Shown here one piece after another: positions 63,450-64,000 of a stretch of DNA of 64,000 nt. A model generated the notes under the pieces. It was not told the origin of the DNA, did no database searches, and saw only the letters and a program-made list of their open reading frames with translations. Every line of letters starts with the position of its first letter. Position 1 is the first letter of the stretch. Position numbers and translations under genes: made by a program. Origin of the DNA: Epiperipatus broadwayi (taxonomy: Eukaryota > Animalia > Onychophora); NCBI GenBank assembly GCA_028023455.1, contig JAQFVV010000004.1:16182001-16246000 (forward strand), in the 5' to 3' direction.

Positions 63450-64000
63450 ATAGATTATTTTAAAGAAAATGCATGATAAATTTTCGCATTTTAATTTTTT
63501 TTAATTTAAAAACTTACCAGATTTTTTTTTTTTTTATCAAAATCATTTATTTTTAAAATAAAATAACTTTAATAACAGAATCATTCACTGTTTGCTGTTC
63601 ATAATTCTAATTTTATCTCATCTCTCCAGGGGGAAGGCGCCGTGGAGCATAGTTGTCAATGGTGACAGAATAAGCAAGTTTAAATTTCTACACATATATA
63701 TAAAAAAGAGCATTATGAAAAGGGTATAGTTATAATAATATTATTTTGATGAAAATGCGTTATCATTAAAAAGAAAAACAAATTTCATTACTACAAAATA
63801 TTCTTATTATATATAAATCCGTGTTTATGATTCGCATACCCCCCTCCCCCAATATTAAATTTAACAGCAAATATAAGCAGTTCATTTTTTAATTTATTTT
63901 TTAACATGCTAATGCGGAATCACGTTATATGCTAATTCAGACGTTGTTCATCATTATCACAGTTATTAATAAATGAAATGGTCATTTCAACCTATTAACA
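63450..64000. promoter_or_regulatory. CpG-retaining segment, possible promoter / first exon
   Basis: GGAAGGCGCCGTGG and several CG sites to the window end; minus-strand donor AATCTG|gtaagt near 63455. Confidence 0.3.

Noticed and set aside
1-64000. Remaining ORF-track entries (60-120 aa, rich in F/I/L/K/N/Y)
   Set aside because: Composition is that expected of random open frames in very AT-rich DNA, or they are antisense to TE relics; none has a recognisable domain.

Overview
This is very AT-rich, strongly CpG-depleted eukaryotic DNA, probably invertebrate animal and probably mostly intronic or intergenic; the species cannot be determined. I could not recognise any intact host protein-coding gene, and nearly all ORFs in the track are spurious or transposon relics. 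The window is dominated by mobile DNA: a hAT (Buster/SPIN-like) element with TIRs and an 8-bp TSD, a non-autonomous Merlin element with TIRs and TSD, a pogo/Tigger-like MITE, RTE and other LINE relics, four Penelope-like (PLE) GIY-YIG relics, a 5S rRNA pseudogene and tRNA-derived copies. The most striking feature is a dense set of non-coding, often fold-back elements (my labels A, B/B2, C) that carry minimal type I hammerhead ribozymes. They show AT-rich, variable-length TSDs, and family B has circularly permuted monomers of about 380-400 nt, so these elements look retrozyme-like and PLE-mobilised. A separate motif occurs four times, three of them directly behind related PLE GIY-YIG relics. 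It has hammerhead topology with stems that differ in sequence but keep pairing, and a non-canonical core (A/G)UGA(A/U)UA(U/G) in place of CUGANGA, making it a candidate atypical hammerhead variant. A fourth family (D) shares the fold-back, permuted architecture but has no canonical ribozyme. CpG-retaining islands at about 25.7-27.2 kb and 63.6-64 kb may mark promoters of unidentified host genes. All alignments, translations and folds were done by eye.
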